A stretch of 59,426 nt of DNA, filler included, from Dugesia japonica (lineage: Eukaryota): NCBI GenBank assembly GCA_001938525.1. It is 4 parts of 4 records of this genome, joined end to end, with 100 filler letters (N's around TTAATTAATTAA, not from the genome) between each part and the next. Parts side by side here need not be neighbours in the genome. Positions count along the whole stretch, not along the records: positions 1 to 12,027 come from MQRL01611102.1; 3 more parts are not named here. One strand, given 5' to 3'. Numbering within the stretch: position 1 is the stretch's first letter; each line of letters starts with the position of its first letter. The notes below the pieces were generated by a model that worked only from the letters and a program-made list of their open reading frames with translations, was not told the DNA's origin and did no database searches. A program made the position numbers and the translations under genes. This document shows positions 1 through 12,127 of the stretch, one piece after another.

Positions 1-1086
1 CAATTTAAAATAAATTATTTTTAAAAGAAAAATAATTATTTCGTAAAAAATGGCAAAAACGACGACTTTCTATGATGGAGAAATTAGCAGTTAAAAAGAT
101 TCTAGTCAAGAGAAAATCGGAAATCTTGAAAATCCAAGTTAAAAGATCGTTATGAGTCTCAGGAAAAANNNNNNNNNNNNNNNNNNNNNNNNNNNNNNNN
201 NNNNNNNNNNNNNNNNNNNNNNNNNNNNNNNNNNNNNNNNNNNNNNNNNNNNNNCTGGCCAATAAAATCGCCAAGAATTTATATCCACCAATAAAATAAA
301 CGAGGGTGTAGAAAAAAACTGGTATAAATACCGATGAAATTTTCACAAAAATATACACTTTTTATCAAGAAAACACAGAAGTTAAAACGCTAATTCTATA
401 ATCAACACAAAGGGTGATTATTTATGCTATTCAATTGATGCAACGATTTCCGACTGGATTGCGATGTCTTATTATTATGGAGGACCTCTGGAGTCCCTAT
501 TGGAAACAAATGAGATGGATGTTATGCTGTTGTGCTTGCTCCGGATCGGGATTCAGTCATGTTAGTTGTTTATTTATTATAATTGTTAAATTTATGTACC
601 TGTAACAGTAAAGTTTAGAATATAATTTTTCACTCGTTGAATTCTACTATTCTTTTTAACAGTAAAAACATAAGGTATTGAATTTTAACCTAAAAGTAGT
701 AATTAAGCAAACTCAGTTAAAAATGTTTAAACGTTAATACGAAAAGATTTTAATTAATTAGGGCCTCATTAATTGATAAAATGAAAACTAATAAACGAGT
801 TATAAGTTGAAGTATAATGGACTTATAATTGATAAGTGATAAATATGACTTCTAAATCAAGCGAGTATTATGAAATATGGACCCAAACCAAAGGAGTGCG
901 AGTCTGTAATCGGAATTTCGAGTCAATGGTTCCATTCCGAAGATCTGGATTTTTGGGGACACCAGATTCAAATTCATCGCGGGGTTTAACCAGGTCAATT
1001 ACCCTAGACTTAATTTTATATAAAGTTCAACCCCCCTAGATTTAAATCATACAAGAATTTAACCCACCTGGGGTAAAACCCCAACA
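1..1086 (+). mobile_element. 3' part of a solo-LTR-like repeat (TGTTGGGG...CCCCAACA family)
   Basis: Colinear with ~58300-59373: CCAAT boxes, then GGTATAAATACCGATG (~321), TGCTTGCTCCGGATCGGGAT (~533), and a closely similar 3' ~230 nt ending GGGGTAAAACCCCAACA at 1086. Confidence 0.8.
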
Positions 1087-2039
1087 ATATTAGTAAATGA
1101 ATTATCAAAATTCATCAACTTGCCGGTAAAATTCCTATTGTTCTAGTCATTAAAATTAATTAACAAGTACAAGTCCATTTTGTACCACATTCATTAAAAG
1201 AATAGATTGATTGTACCTATATTATGATATTTCTAAATCTTACATGGGGATGATTCATGTTGTCAGACTATACATTACAGCTTTGATTTTAATTAGAGAT
1301 TATTTTTAATTAATAAAGTAAGAGAATTAATAATAACAATAGAATAATGCTGGCTTTAATAAGGAATATAATACTAATAACGGGAAGAAATTAATATAAT
1401 AACAATAANTGATATTTTCATAATCGTGATACATATTATCGACTTTGCATAAATTACTTTATCACTACATCAACTGAATTGTTACTTCGACAACTTAAAT
1501 TTATAAAACAAAGTATGGTTAATTGCTCACGATTTGTGATGAGTAACAAATTATATTGATCTGACACCAACATAGGTTTCGTTCAATCGACTCTATTTGT
1601 TTTCAGAACGTAATCAGTAACCTTAATTGGTAACACATTAACTCAATATTTACAACTACCAGAAAACAAGTAGTTATCCGATACTAGCTTGATTTTGAAA
1701 TGACAGTGTTAGATGACTTTAAAGTAATCATCAGATCATTAATATCAAAACGCAAATCCATAGAAAATTTATTCACAAACAAAAACTATAACCAACATTA
1801 TTTGTTTATTCAAACAAATTAAAATCTCACGTTTAAATTGGTGATCATTTATCAAATATTTTAAAATTTATTTTAAGTTATTTAACAATTTTTACTTTAA
1901 TATTAAAATTTAAAACCAAATATTCTTTAATTAAAATATTCATATATAATTTAAAAGTGTTTTAAATAATAAATTTTAAGACAAATGATCACCAATCACA
2001 CAAAAACTTCAACTCACTTTTCAAAACATACTCACATTC

Positions 2040-5000
2040 CCATTTTTAGGAATTTTCTTGATCAACCCTACGTTTCTTTAGAGGCTTATTCCGTTTGTAT
2101 CTTCTTGATGTAACGTCTGTTGTGAGCCTTTCCTCTTTATGTTATAGGGTCCTTCAAAACGATCTTGGCTCTTGTTTCTTGTTTCAACTTTCACTAAGAC
2201 CTCATCACCTATCATGAATTGTCTTTTGGTCAATATATATTTATCTTGTTTTTGCACTCTCTTTGGTTATTTGTTTCGGACCACATTTCTCTGCATATTC
2301 TCTTTCCAAATACGATTTCAGCAGGGCTTTTCTTGATGGTCTTCTGTTTTGTAGCATTCAAGGTAAATTCTATCTCTGACAATACATCCGACCAATATGA
2401 GGTTTTCCTTTCCTTAAGTGTCGCATTTATCATATCTTGCATAGTTCTAAACTGTCTCTCGATTTGTCCATTTGTGTTATGATATGGACTCAAAAACTAG
2501 ANNNNNNNNNCATGTTCAGCTGTAAAATATTTCATTGATTTAGACGCAAATGCTAGTCTATAATCAACTCAAATTTCTCGCGAACACCTGAACTTTGATT
2601 ACCACTTCTCCATTATTGCTTTTTGTATGGTATCTTCATCTTGTCTTATCATTGGTATCAAGGATATATATGCTAACTGTATTGATCAATTATACTGAGA
2701 ACATATTTTTTCGACCTCTTGTCTCCGGCAGTGGTCCACACACATCTGTAAATAACAACTCGAAAGTTTTAGCTGGCTGTGTTTTTTCGTTTCTTCCTTC
2801 GTTTTTGTTGTCAACACATTAGCTTTCTGGCATGTTATACAGTTTTGAACAACGTCTTGTATTTTGTTCAACAAATGTTTCGCTTTATATTTATGCTTCA
2901 TATACGCTGCTACTTTTTCAGTTCGAGCATAACATAATAGATAATGTATCCTCATTATAACCTTTTCTACTTTATCATCAGGTTTCCTTGTTTTTCATTT
3001 TCGAATTTTCATGTGATTTTTTGCATATGTATAGCATTTACTCCTTGACAACATATCGTCACTTTTATGAAGCGATCCTTTTCTATATTCCAATGTTATA
3101 TCCAAACTGCTCAAATAATTAATCCAGGTTTGAAACTGTGATGTAATCGGCTTCTTATTATTTAACATAAATGTGATGGCTTTACGGTCTGTTCTGAGGA
3201 TAAATTTCTTCCCATATAAGTAATGTTTGAAATGAATACAAAAGTAGTAAATTGCGAGTAATTCTTTCCGCNNNNNNNNNNNNNNNTTTTTCGTGGCTCG
3301 TCTTTGCGTGTGACCAATATGCAATTACTCTTTCTTGCCCATTGTTGTCCTTTTGAGATAGGGCTGCCATAATCGTATCGAAACTCGCATCCGTGTCTAA
3401 AATAAATCCTCTATTTATATCAGGAAAACATAGTACAGTAGACATCAATATTGCATTTTTCATTATATTAAAAACTTCTTCTAATTTGTTCGCCTATCAG
3501 TTTTCTTGTTACTCGGTCAACTACACAGTTGTTCCAGCAATCTAGCTTTTTTCGAATAATCTTTAACAAACTTGCAAAAGTAATTGCAAATTCCCAAAAA
3601 GCTTCTCNNNNNNNNNNNNNNNNNNNNNNNNNNNNNNNNNNNNNNNNNNNNNNNNNNCAGTTTTGAACAACGTCTTGTATTTTGTTCAACAAATGTTTCG
3701 CTTTATATTTATGCTTCATATACGCTGCTACTTTTTCAGTTCGAGCATAACATAATAGATAATGTATCCTCATTATAACCTTTTCTACTTTATCATCAGG
3801 TTTCCTTGTTTTTCATTTTCGAATTTTCATGTGATTTTTTGCATATGTATAGCATTTACTCCTTGACAACATATCGTCACTTTTATGAAGCGATCCTTTT
3901 CTATATTCCAATGTTATATCCAAACTGCTCAAATAATTAATCCAGGTTTGAAACTGTGATGTATTCGGCTTCTTATTATTTAACATAAATGTGATGGCTT
4001 TACGGTCTGTTCTGAGAATAAATTTCTTCCCATATAAGTAATGTTTGAAATGAATACAAAAGTAGTAAATTGCGAGTAATTCTTTCCGCGTAGTACAATA
4101 TCCTTTTTCGTGGCTCGTCTTTGCGTGTGACCAATATGCAATTACTCTTTCTTGCCCATTGTTGTCCTTTTGAGATAGGGCTGCCATAATCGTATCGAAA
4201 CTCGCATCCGTGTCTAAAATAAATCCTCTATTTATATCAGGAAAACATAGTACAGTAGACATCAATATTGCATTTTTCATTATATTAAAAACTTCTTCTA
4301 ATTTGTTCGCCTATCAGTTTTCTTGTTACTCGGTCAACTACACAGTTGTTCCAGCAATCTAGCTTTTTTCGAATAATCTTTAACAAACTTGCAAAAGTAA
4401 TTGCAAATTCCCAAAAAGCTTCTCATTTTCTTAAGGCAGTTTGGTTTACCAAATTTTTTAATTGCTTCTATTTTAGTTGGATTTGTCTTGAAACATTTTT
4501 TACTGATAACATGTCCAAAAAATGTGATCTCCTTTCGCATGAATTGACATTTCTCCGGATTAACTCTTAGACCAGCCTTCTTAATTTCTGTTAATACTTT
4601 ATTGATTATTTCATAGTGTTGCTATTTTGTTTCATTAAATATGAGAATTTCGTCTAGATAAACCATCACTATTTTTATTCTCCCGATCCCTTTATTCATC
4701 ATTTCCTGGAACTCACCTGGCGCTGCTGCAATTCTAAAAGGCATTCTATTGAAACAAAATTGTCTTGTTTGGTCAAAAAAGACCAAATAATGACTAAAAA
4801 TGACAATACTTGCGAATCTAAACTGAGTTCCACTTGATAGAATGCATTTCTCAAGTCTTTTCAACTAAAATACTGTGCACCTTCCAAAGAATCCAGCATT
4901 TCATCAACATTTGGCATAGCAAAGGTTTGCCTTTCTGTTATTGCATTGAGCTGTCTAAAGTCTAAGCATAATTGTATATCATTTTCCCTTTATAAGCGCA

Positions 5001-5080
5001 GATTACTGGCGTATTACATTGAGAATTACACTTCTGGATAATACCGTTATCATACAGATTCTTGATGGNCTCTTCAATCT
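2040..5080 (-). pseudogene. pol: Degenerate Ty3/Gypsy pol: RT, RNase H, integrase
   Basis: Minus-strand translation gives RT motifs (LCLDFRQLN, YFS*KDLRNAFYQ, RMPFRIAAAPGEFQ, VYLDEI, ITFFGHVI), RNase H (FILDTDAS, KELLAI, FILRTDRKAI), integrase Zn region (H...CITCQ) and core (SPYHNTNGQIERQFRT). The order RT-RH-IN is the Gypsy order. Stops and frameshifts are present. Confidence 0.92.
2839..4424. repeat. Near-identical ~770-bp direct duplication (2839-3607 / 3658-4424) across an N gap; probable assembly or haplotype artefact
   Basis: The two copies abut a 50-N gap and differ at only a few positions (e.g. KKPIT vs KKPNT). Confidence 0.8.
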
Positions 5081-6088
5081 TCTCTTCTAGATTCCTTTGT
5101 TTTCGTTATTTTTCATACGTTTTTTCTACGTTATATTATATTTTTATTCGTTAGTTTTTATACGTATTTATGTGGATCGGACCTTCTTTAGTAATTCTTC
5201 GATGTTTCGTTAAGTGTGTGCACCTGATGTCCCATTTTTCCGCCATAACTACATCCTCATTATTCTGAATTATCGAAGTCAATTTATGATCTTCATTAAT
5301 TTCTAGATTCTACATTGCATGTCTCAATCGTTCGCCCATCTGCATTTTAATCCAGTATATTCATTTTTCTATCATTATTTTACGGATCTGATAGATTTAC
5401 AAGTTACTTAGTTTTTCTTGGGTACTTTGTGAACTTGCACAAATTTTGATTCATAATAATGATTGAACGCAATTGGGTTCATTATTTCATAATCACTCAA
5501 TTATTGATCTATATATATTTACATCGTTGAGCATTTCACCATCATGAGATTTTTAAAACTCATTATAAAAATTTACGTTTCAATAAATTTATTTTGCTTT
5601 TATATTAACATTTCTATACATCTTTAAATTACTATCTAATCTTGTAAATAATATTTACAGATATGTATAACATTGTTTAAGCATTTATAAAAATTTACAT
5701 GATATGTAATTATGTCATTAATTTAATTTTAATTTTTAATATCATTTCTACTTCCTAAAACAACTATTTTTTATTTTGATTTATGGATATCTTTATATCC
5801 ATAGTTATTTATATTATCATTATATAAATTTACATGTAAAATATAACTTAATTACTATAATTAAAATAAAACTTTTACTTCGTTAAAAATTTTCATTCGA
5901 AAGTTTTTACAGTCAAACTAATCTCATTAACTTAATTTGACATTTTAATTTTCATTTTAGGGTTCAGGTGTTTGTCTTTTCTTGTTCTGTTCATCTAAAC
6001 CAATTTCTGAATTGTCAAAATTTTAATATCCCTGTCCAATTTGTATAATGACTTTCACTTTCTTATCATAATCAATGCCCATCATTCT

Positions 6089-6487
6089 CTAAACAAAAAT
6101 AGTATAAATACNTTCATTATTTTCATTTTTCTTCTTTGCGGGTGCCAAATATTTGGCAATATCCTCATCGTCGTCCCACTGCAGGGTATTAGGGTTGCCA
6201 ATCTGCCTCGATAAATCCGCAATACATTGATTCAGTAATTCTATTTTTCGTTGTAATGATTGCTTATTTTCTGTTTCTAACGCCTTGGTCTGAATGGCAA
6301 GGTCATTTTGCTTTTTCACTATAGCGTCCAATCTTTTGATCAGCTTATCTCGTTGGTCTAAATGTCGTAAGAGGGCCTGGTTGGTTTTTCGTTTCGGGTG
6401 CCTCTCTACCAGCAGACGGCTCAGTAGACGGTGGCACCTACGGAGACTGTTTGGGAATTGTATACGAGTAACTAAACAAATTAGCAT
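6089..6487 (-). CDS. Unknown coiled-coil ORF (cassette ORF4), homolog of 52917-53243
   Basis: KKQNDLAIQTK...LQRKIELLNQCIADLSRQIGN...QWDDDED aligns with KKQGDLAEQTK...LQNKIDFLKRYIADLSHQLGD...QWNDQDD. The start is uncertain. Confidence 0.55.
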   Translation of the reverse strand: MLICLVTRIQFPNSLRRCHRLLSRLLVERHPKRKTNQALLRHLDQRDKLIKRLDAIVKKQNDLAIQTKALETENKQSLQRKIELLNQCIADLSRQIGNPNTLQWDDDEDIAKYLAPAKKKNENNEXIYTIFV

Positions 6488-6604
6488 TAATTTAGTACAA
6501 TTTCCTCAGTGGAAAAGAATATATAATTACTGAAAATAACAAAAGAAAATTCATGAGACAGTGCAAGCTATAAAATTTATTGAAAAAAAGGGTGGTCTCC
6601 CAAT

Positions 6605-6900
6605 TAACTCTTATGAGTTTGTGTGCTTTTCTCAACCATTAAAGGTTCTAGGGGCATGGATGCNTTCAACTTCAGAACATCATCTACCAATTTATTTTCT
6701 CGGTCTTGGTAGGACCAGATCATCTCAACCAAAGACTCTACTTGGCCTTTCCATACCCTCTCTTGAGCATGGGAGGCTTCGACTTCCTTTCAGAAAGCCA
6801 CACACTTCTTTCGGGATCGGCTTACTTTGCTTTTGGCGTTAGCTGTATCCGCCTCCCACTTACACTTGGCGAGACGATACAGATCCCATGTCATCTCGCG
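6605..6900 (-). pseudogene. Cassette ORF3 (coiled-coil, internal stop), homolog of 53404-53670
   Basis: Reverse strand reads KSKVSRSRKKCVAF*KEVEASHAQER...SYQDRENKLVDDVLKLxASMPLEPLMVEK versus NSKVRRYKKKCMAFKSEAEAYHNQER...SYQDRENKLVQDLLRLKTAMPLEPLMVNK. Ends are approximate. Confidence 0.6.
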
Positions 6901-7179
6901 TTCCTCGCTATCCTCCCACATCTTTTTCGTCGGAACCGAGCTGCGGTTTAATGACGAGTGCACTAAAAGTTACATATCAAGAATCAGAAAATTATGCATC
7001 CAGAGCAAACTATATATGTATAACTTTTCTTTTAAATTCGATTAGTGAAAAATCTAAATTTGTTCTACTCGTAAAAGAAGAGCTATAAAATTTTAATTAC
7101 GATTCATGTAAAAAACAAATAATGGACACACATATATTCTAAATTGAAAAATTAATAAACACACTGGCAGTTTAGTAAG

Positions 7180-7584
7180 TCACGGAGTGGGGTCGGTGTT
7201 TTCTAAAGTGCCACCTTTGGCCTGATTTCGCAGATCCCAAAGGCTAATGCCAAGATCCAGCGAAAATCTGGTGTCTCGAGGAAGGTGAGCGATCGACACA
7301 GGTAATAAGGATGGCCCAATTTGCCAATGAGTAACGGACTGATTCGTTATTGGGTCAAAAAGTGTGGTTCGGTGCATAACTTCTTGGTTGTGGTCGGGGC
7401 CGACCAATTCATAGAAAGCTTGGCGCTCTGCAGCCGCCCATTCCCTTTCGTTATCGGCGTCTTCCAGGGTTAAATTTGAGTAATCTGTCAGGATACCCGC
7501 ATTTTGGTCATGGGGGTTCTTGTAACGTTTGAAAATGGTCCGCCCCGTNCGACGATCCCACAGCAATTCCCATTTATACTCCAT
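7180..7584 (-). CDS. Cassette ORF2, 134 aa, unknown function
   Basis: GC-richer open frame. Its N-terminus MEYKWELLWDRxTGRTIFKRYKNPHDQNAGIL matches MESKWDRIIDR*TRRIIFQRHRNPHNRDEGIL at 53846 (-). Confidence 0.6.
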   Translation of the reverse strand: MEYKWELLWDRXTGRTIFKRYKNPHDQNAGILTDYSNLTLEDADNEREWAAAERQAFYELVGPDHNQEVMHRTTLFDPITNQSVTHWQIGPSLLPVSIAHLPRDTRFSLDLGISLWDLRNQAKGGTLENTDPTP

Positions 7585-7752
7585 GTGACTTCTACAATTA
7601 CAAGTTGTGATTATGGTTGTTCTTTAAAGATGAATATTTAATTGCAATAAAACAATATTCAAAATCAGAGGGAATGTTTATTGATTAAAACTAAGCAAAG
7701 ATTTTATTTTAAAACAGAATAAATCACACGGATTTATAACATAAGTGGTTTC

Positions 7753-7929
7753 TCATTCCTCATCAACGGGTTTCCGGCATGGGAACATCTCGGCGAAGCA
7801 CTGAAGATCGGTTTCGTCGGGATGTTCGATTACGCCATGCGAAAGTATATGCCTTAGTAGTTGTTTATTTCGGGATTTACCTCTTTCGATCCTGATTAAA
7901 TCCAATATTCTGGATAAACAATCTTCCAT
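7753..7929 (-). CDS. Cassette ORF1, 58 aa, unknown (not in the ORF track)
   Basis: MEDCLSRILDLIRIERGKSRNKQLLRHILSHGVIEHPDETDLQCFAEMFPCRKPVDEE*; homologous to 53988-54182. Confidence 0.6.
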   Translation of the reverse strand: MEDCLSRILDLIRIERGKSRNKQLLRHILSHGVIEHPDETDLQCFAEMFPCRKPVDEE

Positions 7930-9449
7930 TATTCTGATTTATCTAAAGTGACACAAAAAGAAATTTATTTAACCTCAATTTAACCGTCTTATTGGAAATA
8001 GAAATAAGTAGTGATTATTTTAAAATTTACTTTGATTACTTCGTGCATCTTATTCCTTTTCTTCCCAATGATAATAACTACCTCTTTATGATAAGTATAT
8101 AATCTTTATGATTTATTTAATATAACATTCACCATTTATTTCGGGGTGTTTCTCGGATTTACAAGTACCATATTTCATAATTAGTTCGGGAAGGAGCCAA
8201 CTTGATATGTCCTCATGTGTTGGAACTAACTCTGTATCATATCATTATTTATTTATAATGTGAATACAATCTCAATAATTTAATTACTTATACGTTTACC
8301 AGAAAATTAGGCTTCAATAGATTATGACTGCTTTAAAAAAAATAACTATATTTTGGTTAACATCCAGTTAGGTCTTCGAATATTGATAATTAGTTTCATT
8401 AATTATATTTTTTAGAAACTAAACCCTAATTAATGATAATCATATTTAAATAAAATATAGAAGAATTTTGATTTTTAAATTGCAATCAGAGTGGTTGATA
8501 CGAGCAACGGCTCAAGGTTAGAGTATTACATATAATGTCTGTGTGCGATAAGGATACTGTGTGTGTTGATATCTATTGAAAGATTTACCAAATAGGTGTG
8601 TAAAGATATGATTGCAGACACTAAAAGTAATTGATACCGATATTATACATTTTAGTTTTATTAATTGACATAAAAAATTGATACCTCTGACTTTCATAAT
8701 CTACAAATGTACTACTCAATTGTTATCCGGATCATTGTTGCATAATTATTTTTAAGCTGACCTAATGAATGTTCGACCCTGGTACTACTTCTAACTGATC
8801 GTAACAACAGTAATGACAGAAAAGAAAACATTTAACCGCAGCAAGCAGATTTTTGAGAGACGATGACTAGTAAAATACGTACATGCCAACAGTTGGTTTC
8901 TTATTGCGGTAGCTTATGTGTTTTCTATATCTGAGCTAGACTACATGAATTTAGATGATAATATTTTTTTTTAGTCAAAATTAGTCTGGGGCTATTTTTA
9001 GTAACAACATTGTTTCCTAACGATACAGGGAAATTAAAATTCATTTGCGACTGTCTTTCTTTTATTTAATCATCATTATTACTCTAAAACAATCAATAAC
9101 AAAATTTATTTGGAATGAAACTAATTTAACTAATTAGAATTATGATTATTACTCGTTTATCAACTTATTATTACTCTAAAATCATTTGATAAAATTTAAA
9201 TACATAAGTTAAATCAAACATTTGGTTCTTTATATCAAATTTATTTAAAACGTTCTTAACATAAATTGACAATTATAAACATATCCGTACTCAAAGAAAA
9301 TTTCGGTAGGTTCTGCAACGGTTTAACTTTTCCCGAGTAAATTTTCGGTAGTGGACGGCGAACTCTTTCTTGTCACTCGATATCTTGAAAAACAGGGAAC
9401 TCGTTTCCTTTAACTGCTAATAATGATTTGTATTAACAATTTATAGTAA

Positions 9450-10300
9450 CTACGACCTTACTGATTCAAATTAGATAATCGTTTTCTGGTTGATGATTAA
9501 TCTCTGTCTGTAGTTTCTTGTTAAATTGATATTTGTTGATAACAGTAGTGCAATAGTCTCAAAGTAGATATAAAATTGTGATGACGTTTACTAAATTTTT
9601 CCAGAAAAATTGCGTTGACCTTGTACTAAGTTTTGCAGATAAAATTGAGAATGTTTTCCAAAAATCTGGGGTTTCTTTTATATCATTTTGTTTGCACCCC
9701 AACTATACCCAGATTTGCTGATATTTTTAGATCAGCTTTTTTCTACTTCCATTGGTTCTGGTGCTGATCTTCTAAAATTTTCTATGATTTTTTGTGCTGC
9801 TATTGGCAGCTATTTTTATCAGACCACCTGATTTTTTGGTCTTTGTTTTATTTTTAATTTCAGGTATCTGATTGGTTCGATCTTCAAACCCCTGCAGTAC
9901 CTTTCCGGATGATAGTATGTTTCTTTTTTGTAACCTCAATTGCACCGGATTGTTCTTCCTTCATTTTTTCTTATCCCGACTCTTTCCGACTTTCTGGGGC
10001 AAAGTTATCCGGATAAAATAGATTTTCCGTTAATTTTGTTTCTTTTTTATTTTAAAATTACTTAATTTTCTTTGTTAATTAATTATTTTTCATTCTACCT
10101 TTTCTTGGTGTTTCTTATTAATTTATCTTAATTCTCAACCGTAAGTAGCTTTCATTTTACTTGGTTCCTCATATTCATTTTTTATTTTACCTCGTTTCCT
10201 TCCAATATTGATTTCGAACTTTATTTTTCATTACCGGTGATCATTATTATCAGTTAATTTTTTTAGTTCATTCTCCTTTAGCGGGTGTTTCACCCCAACA
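9450..10300 (-). mobile_element. Diverged solo-LTR-like copy (5' end at 10300; left limit approximate)
   Basis: GGGTGTTTCACCCCAACA at 10283-10300 is the reverse complement of the family 5' terminus. Minus-strand CCAAT boxes lie at ~9750-9875. Confidence 0.55.
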
Positions 10301-10569
10301 AAGAAACTAAAGATTGACGAGTTTTTTTAGACAATCATAAATCGTTACTATTACTTTTTAGAAGTTATGAACTTCATAGGTTAAAAACTGAAAAGGATAT
10401 AAGCTAAAAATAAATAATTAACTTTTTAAGTCGTGCCAGAAGGTTTGGTCCTTCTAAAAACAAGGCACATAAAAAAGACTACTATTTATTTATCAGTAAT
10501 TGAATATGCTAGACGAAATTGGCTAATTATAAAATGTACCAAAAATACAAAAAACACAATTTATTAGTC

Positions 10570-10617
10570 ACGGACCCCATTCTATGTACCCCGTATGTAC
10601 CACTTTGAGAAACACTG
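10570..10617 (-). mobile_element. hAT-like terminal inverted repeat fragment
   Basis: Minus strand begins CAGTGTTTCTCAAAGTG, a typical hAT/Charlie-type end. No partner end was found. Confidence 0.4.
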
Positions 10618-11580
10618 ATTTAAACGATACAAACAAAAAATACTTTTATTTCTTCAGTGAATTCAATTAAAAAAAAATTATAAAAACAGTTAACAAAAAA
10701 TTTAGCACTATTAATTTTAATTACAAACATCATTTTTTTAAAATATGAAATATAAAGTGCATACAAAAATTATTTATCTTGTATGATCTTGTTCATTCAT
10801 TACGCAAACAATGTGGAAAAGAAACATTAAATATTATGTGTCGGTTTAAGAAGTTCTTTATTATATTTCTTTATACACATATGGAAATATCCGGATACTA
10901 CAAATTTGGAATTTCAAAAAAAACTCGTTATACGAGGGTTTAGCTCCGCTCTATACAAAGGGTTTCCGCAAATTGTAATTAGCGTTATACGAGGGTCAGG
11001 TATATCTAAAAAACTCTTCATTTGAAAAAATAGACCGTTTTAAAGAAACAGAGTTTCACTTAATTCTTTGATTTTTACAAAGCCGCCCTTTTAATCGATT
11101 CCGAAAATCTTTACAATATGTTGGCTTGGATTTCACGAAACAAAGAATTTTGTTTGGTATTGAAAAATCACATATCAATATCAACCGGCACCCGATTTTT
11201 TAAAACTCGGCATGCACCTCTGGCTACAGCCCGATTTAACACATCCCAGATGAAACATTGTTTAGATAGATAGATTTTGTATACTACTTATGAAATCCTA
11301 TATTAAGAAATTAATAATAAAAAAGAAATTAATTTGTATTTTCTGTTTATCATTACAAAAATAGCTTTCAACAATTTTACCAGAAAGCATAGATTGACTT
11401 AAAAATTATACATCTTTCAAACAAATAATGAAATATAAAATTTTTACTATTAAATATTCTGTACGCAGCATAAGAATGCAGGAAAAACTATATAAAAATG
11501 ATCCATACATATTTATAAAATGTTAACTACATAATTTATTACAAATTATTTAAGAAAAAACACAATCAAATCAAGTTGGT

Positions 11581-11918
11581 TTATTTATGGAAAACGATAG
11601 CGAGAAATACAAAAACACCAGCTAAGGCGGCAAATATTACGGTGGCTGTGGTACTGAGGGAATGCATTATTGCTCTCTTAAAACGAAAAAGATATTAAAG
11701 AATTAAATATTCGATAACGTACCCATCCTCCCATGCTCACTATAAATGTTTGAACAAATCCGCTTGACAGAAATCTAACTAAATAGTTTATAATAGTGGT
11801 TAGTGGATTGACAGTTGCAATATTATCTGTTGCTATAGATAGACTCCGGACAATCCATCGATAACCGAACATTAGTAAAACGAAAATTCTCCCTAATGTG
11901 ATTCCACTTTCAAAAATG
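11581..11918 (-). CDS. BAK1-like: Last two exons (11918-11723, 11676-11581) of a Bak-like Bcl-2 family gene
   Basis: ttcag|c IFESGITLGRIFVLLMFGYRW (cf. BAK BH1 LFESGINWGRVVALLGFGYRL), then FVQTFIVSMGGW (BH2), a 46-nt GT-AG intron, and RAIMHSLSTTATVIFAALAGVFVFLAIVFHK* (transmembrane tail anchor). The intron directly after GGW is the conserved Bcl-2 family position. No 5' exon was found before the scaffold end. Confidence 0.85.
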
Positions 11919-12027
11919 CTGAAATTTTATTAAAAATGTTTTAATTGTATTTAATAAATGAAAAAAACTAAGTGAAATTCTAATTTCATTTTCAAAATCT
12001 TATCTCTAGATTTCACACTTTACTCAA

Positions 12028-12127
12028 NNNNNNNNNNNNNNNNNNNNNNNNNNNNNNNNNNNNNNNNNNNNTTAATTAATTAANNNNNNNNNNNNNNNNN
12101 NNNNNNNNNNNNNNNNNNNNNNNNNNN
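12028..12127. other. Artificial scaffold linker (N44-TTAATTAATTAA-N44)
   Basis: Six-frame-stop 12-mer centred in exactly 100 nt; identical copies at 32935 and 46935. Confidence 0.95.

Noticed and set aside
532-553. U6 snRNA 5' end or tRNA fragment (GTGCTTGCTCCGG...)
   Set aside because: There is no U6 5' hairpin or downstream U6 core and no cloverleaf; kept only as a conserved repeat motif.
2839-4424. Tandem duplication of the RNase H / integrase region
   Set aside because: Near-identical copies flank an N gap, typical of unmerged contig overlap. The same pattern occurs at 27435-27846, 33240-33410 and 40290-40470.
10925-11004. CGTTATACGAGGG twice, pogo/Tc1-like end followed by TA
   Set aside because: No partner terminus or transposase is seen; too weak to call.
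12072-12083. TTAATTAATTAA palindrome as a biological motif or piggyBac site
   Set aside because: It is an artificial linker embedded in exactly 100 nt with Ns, three times.
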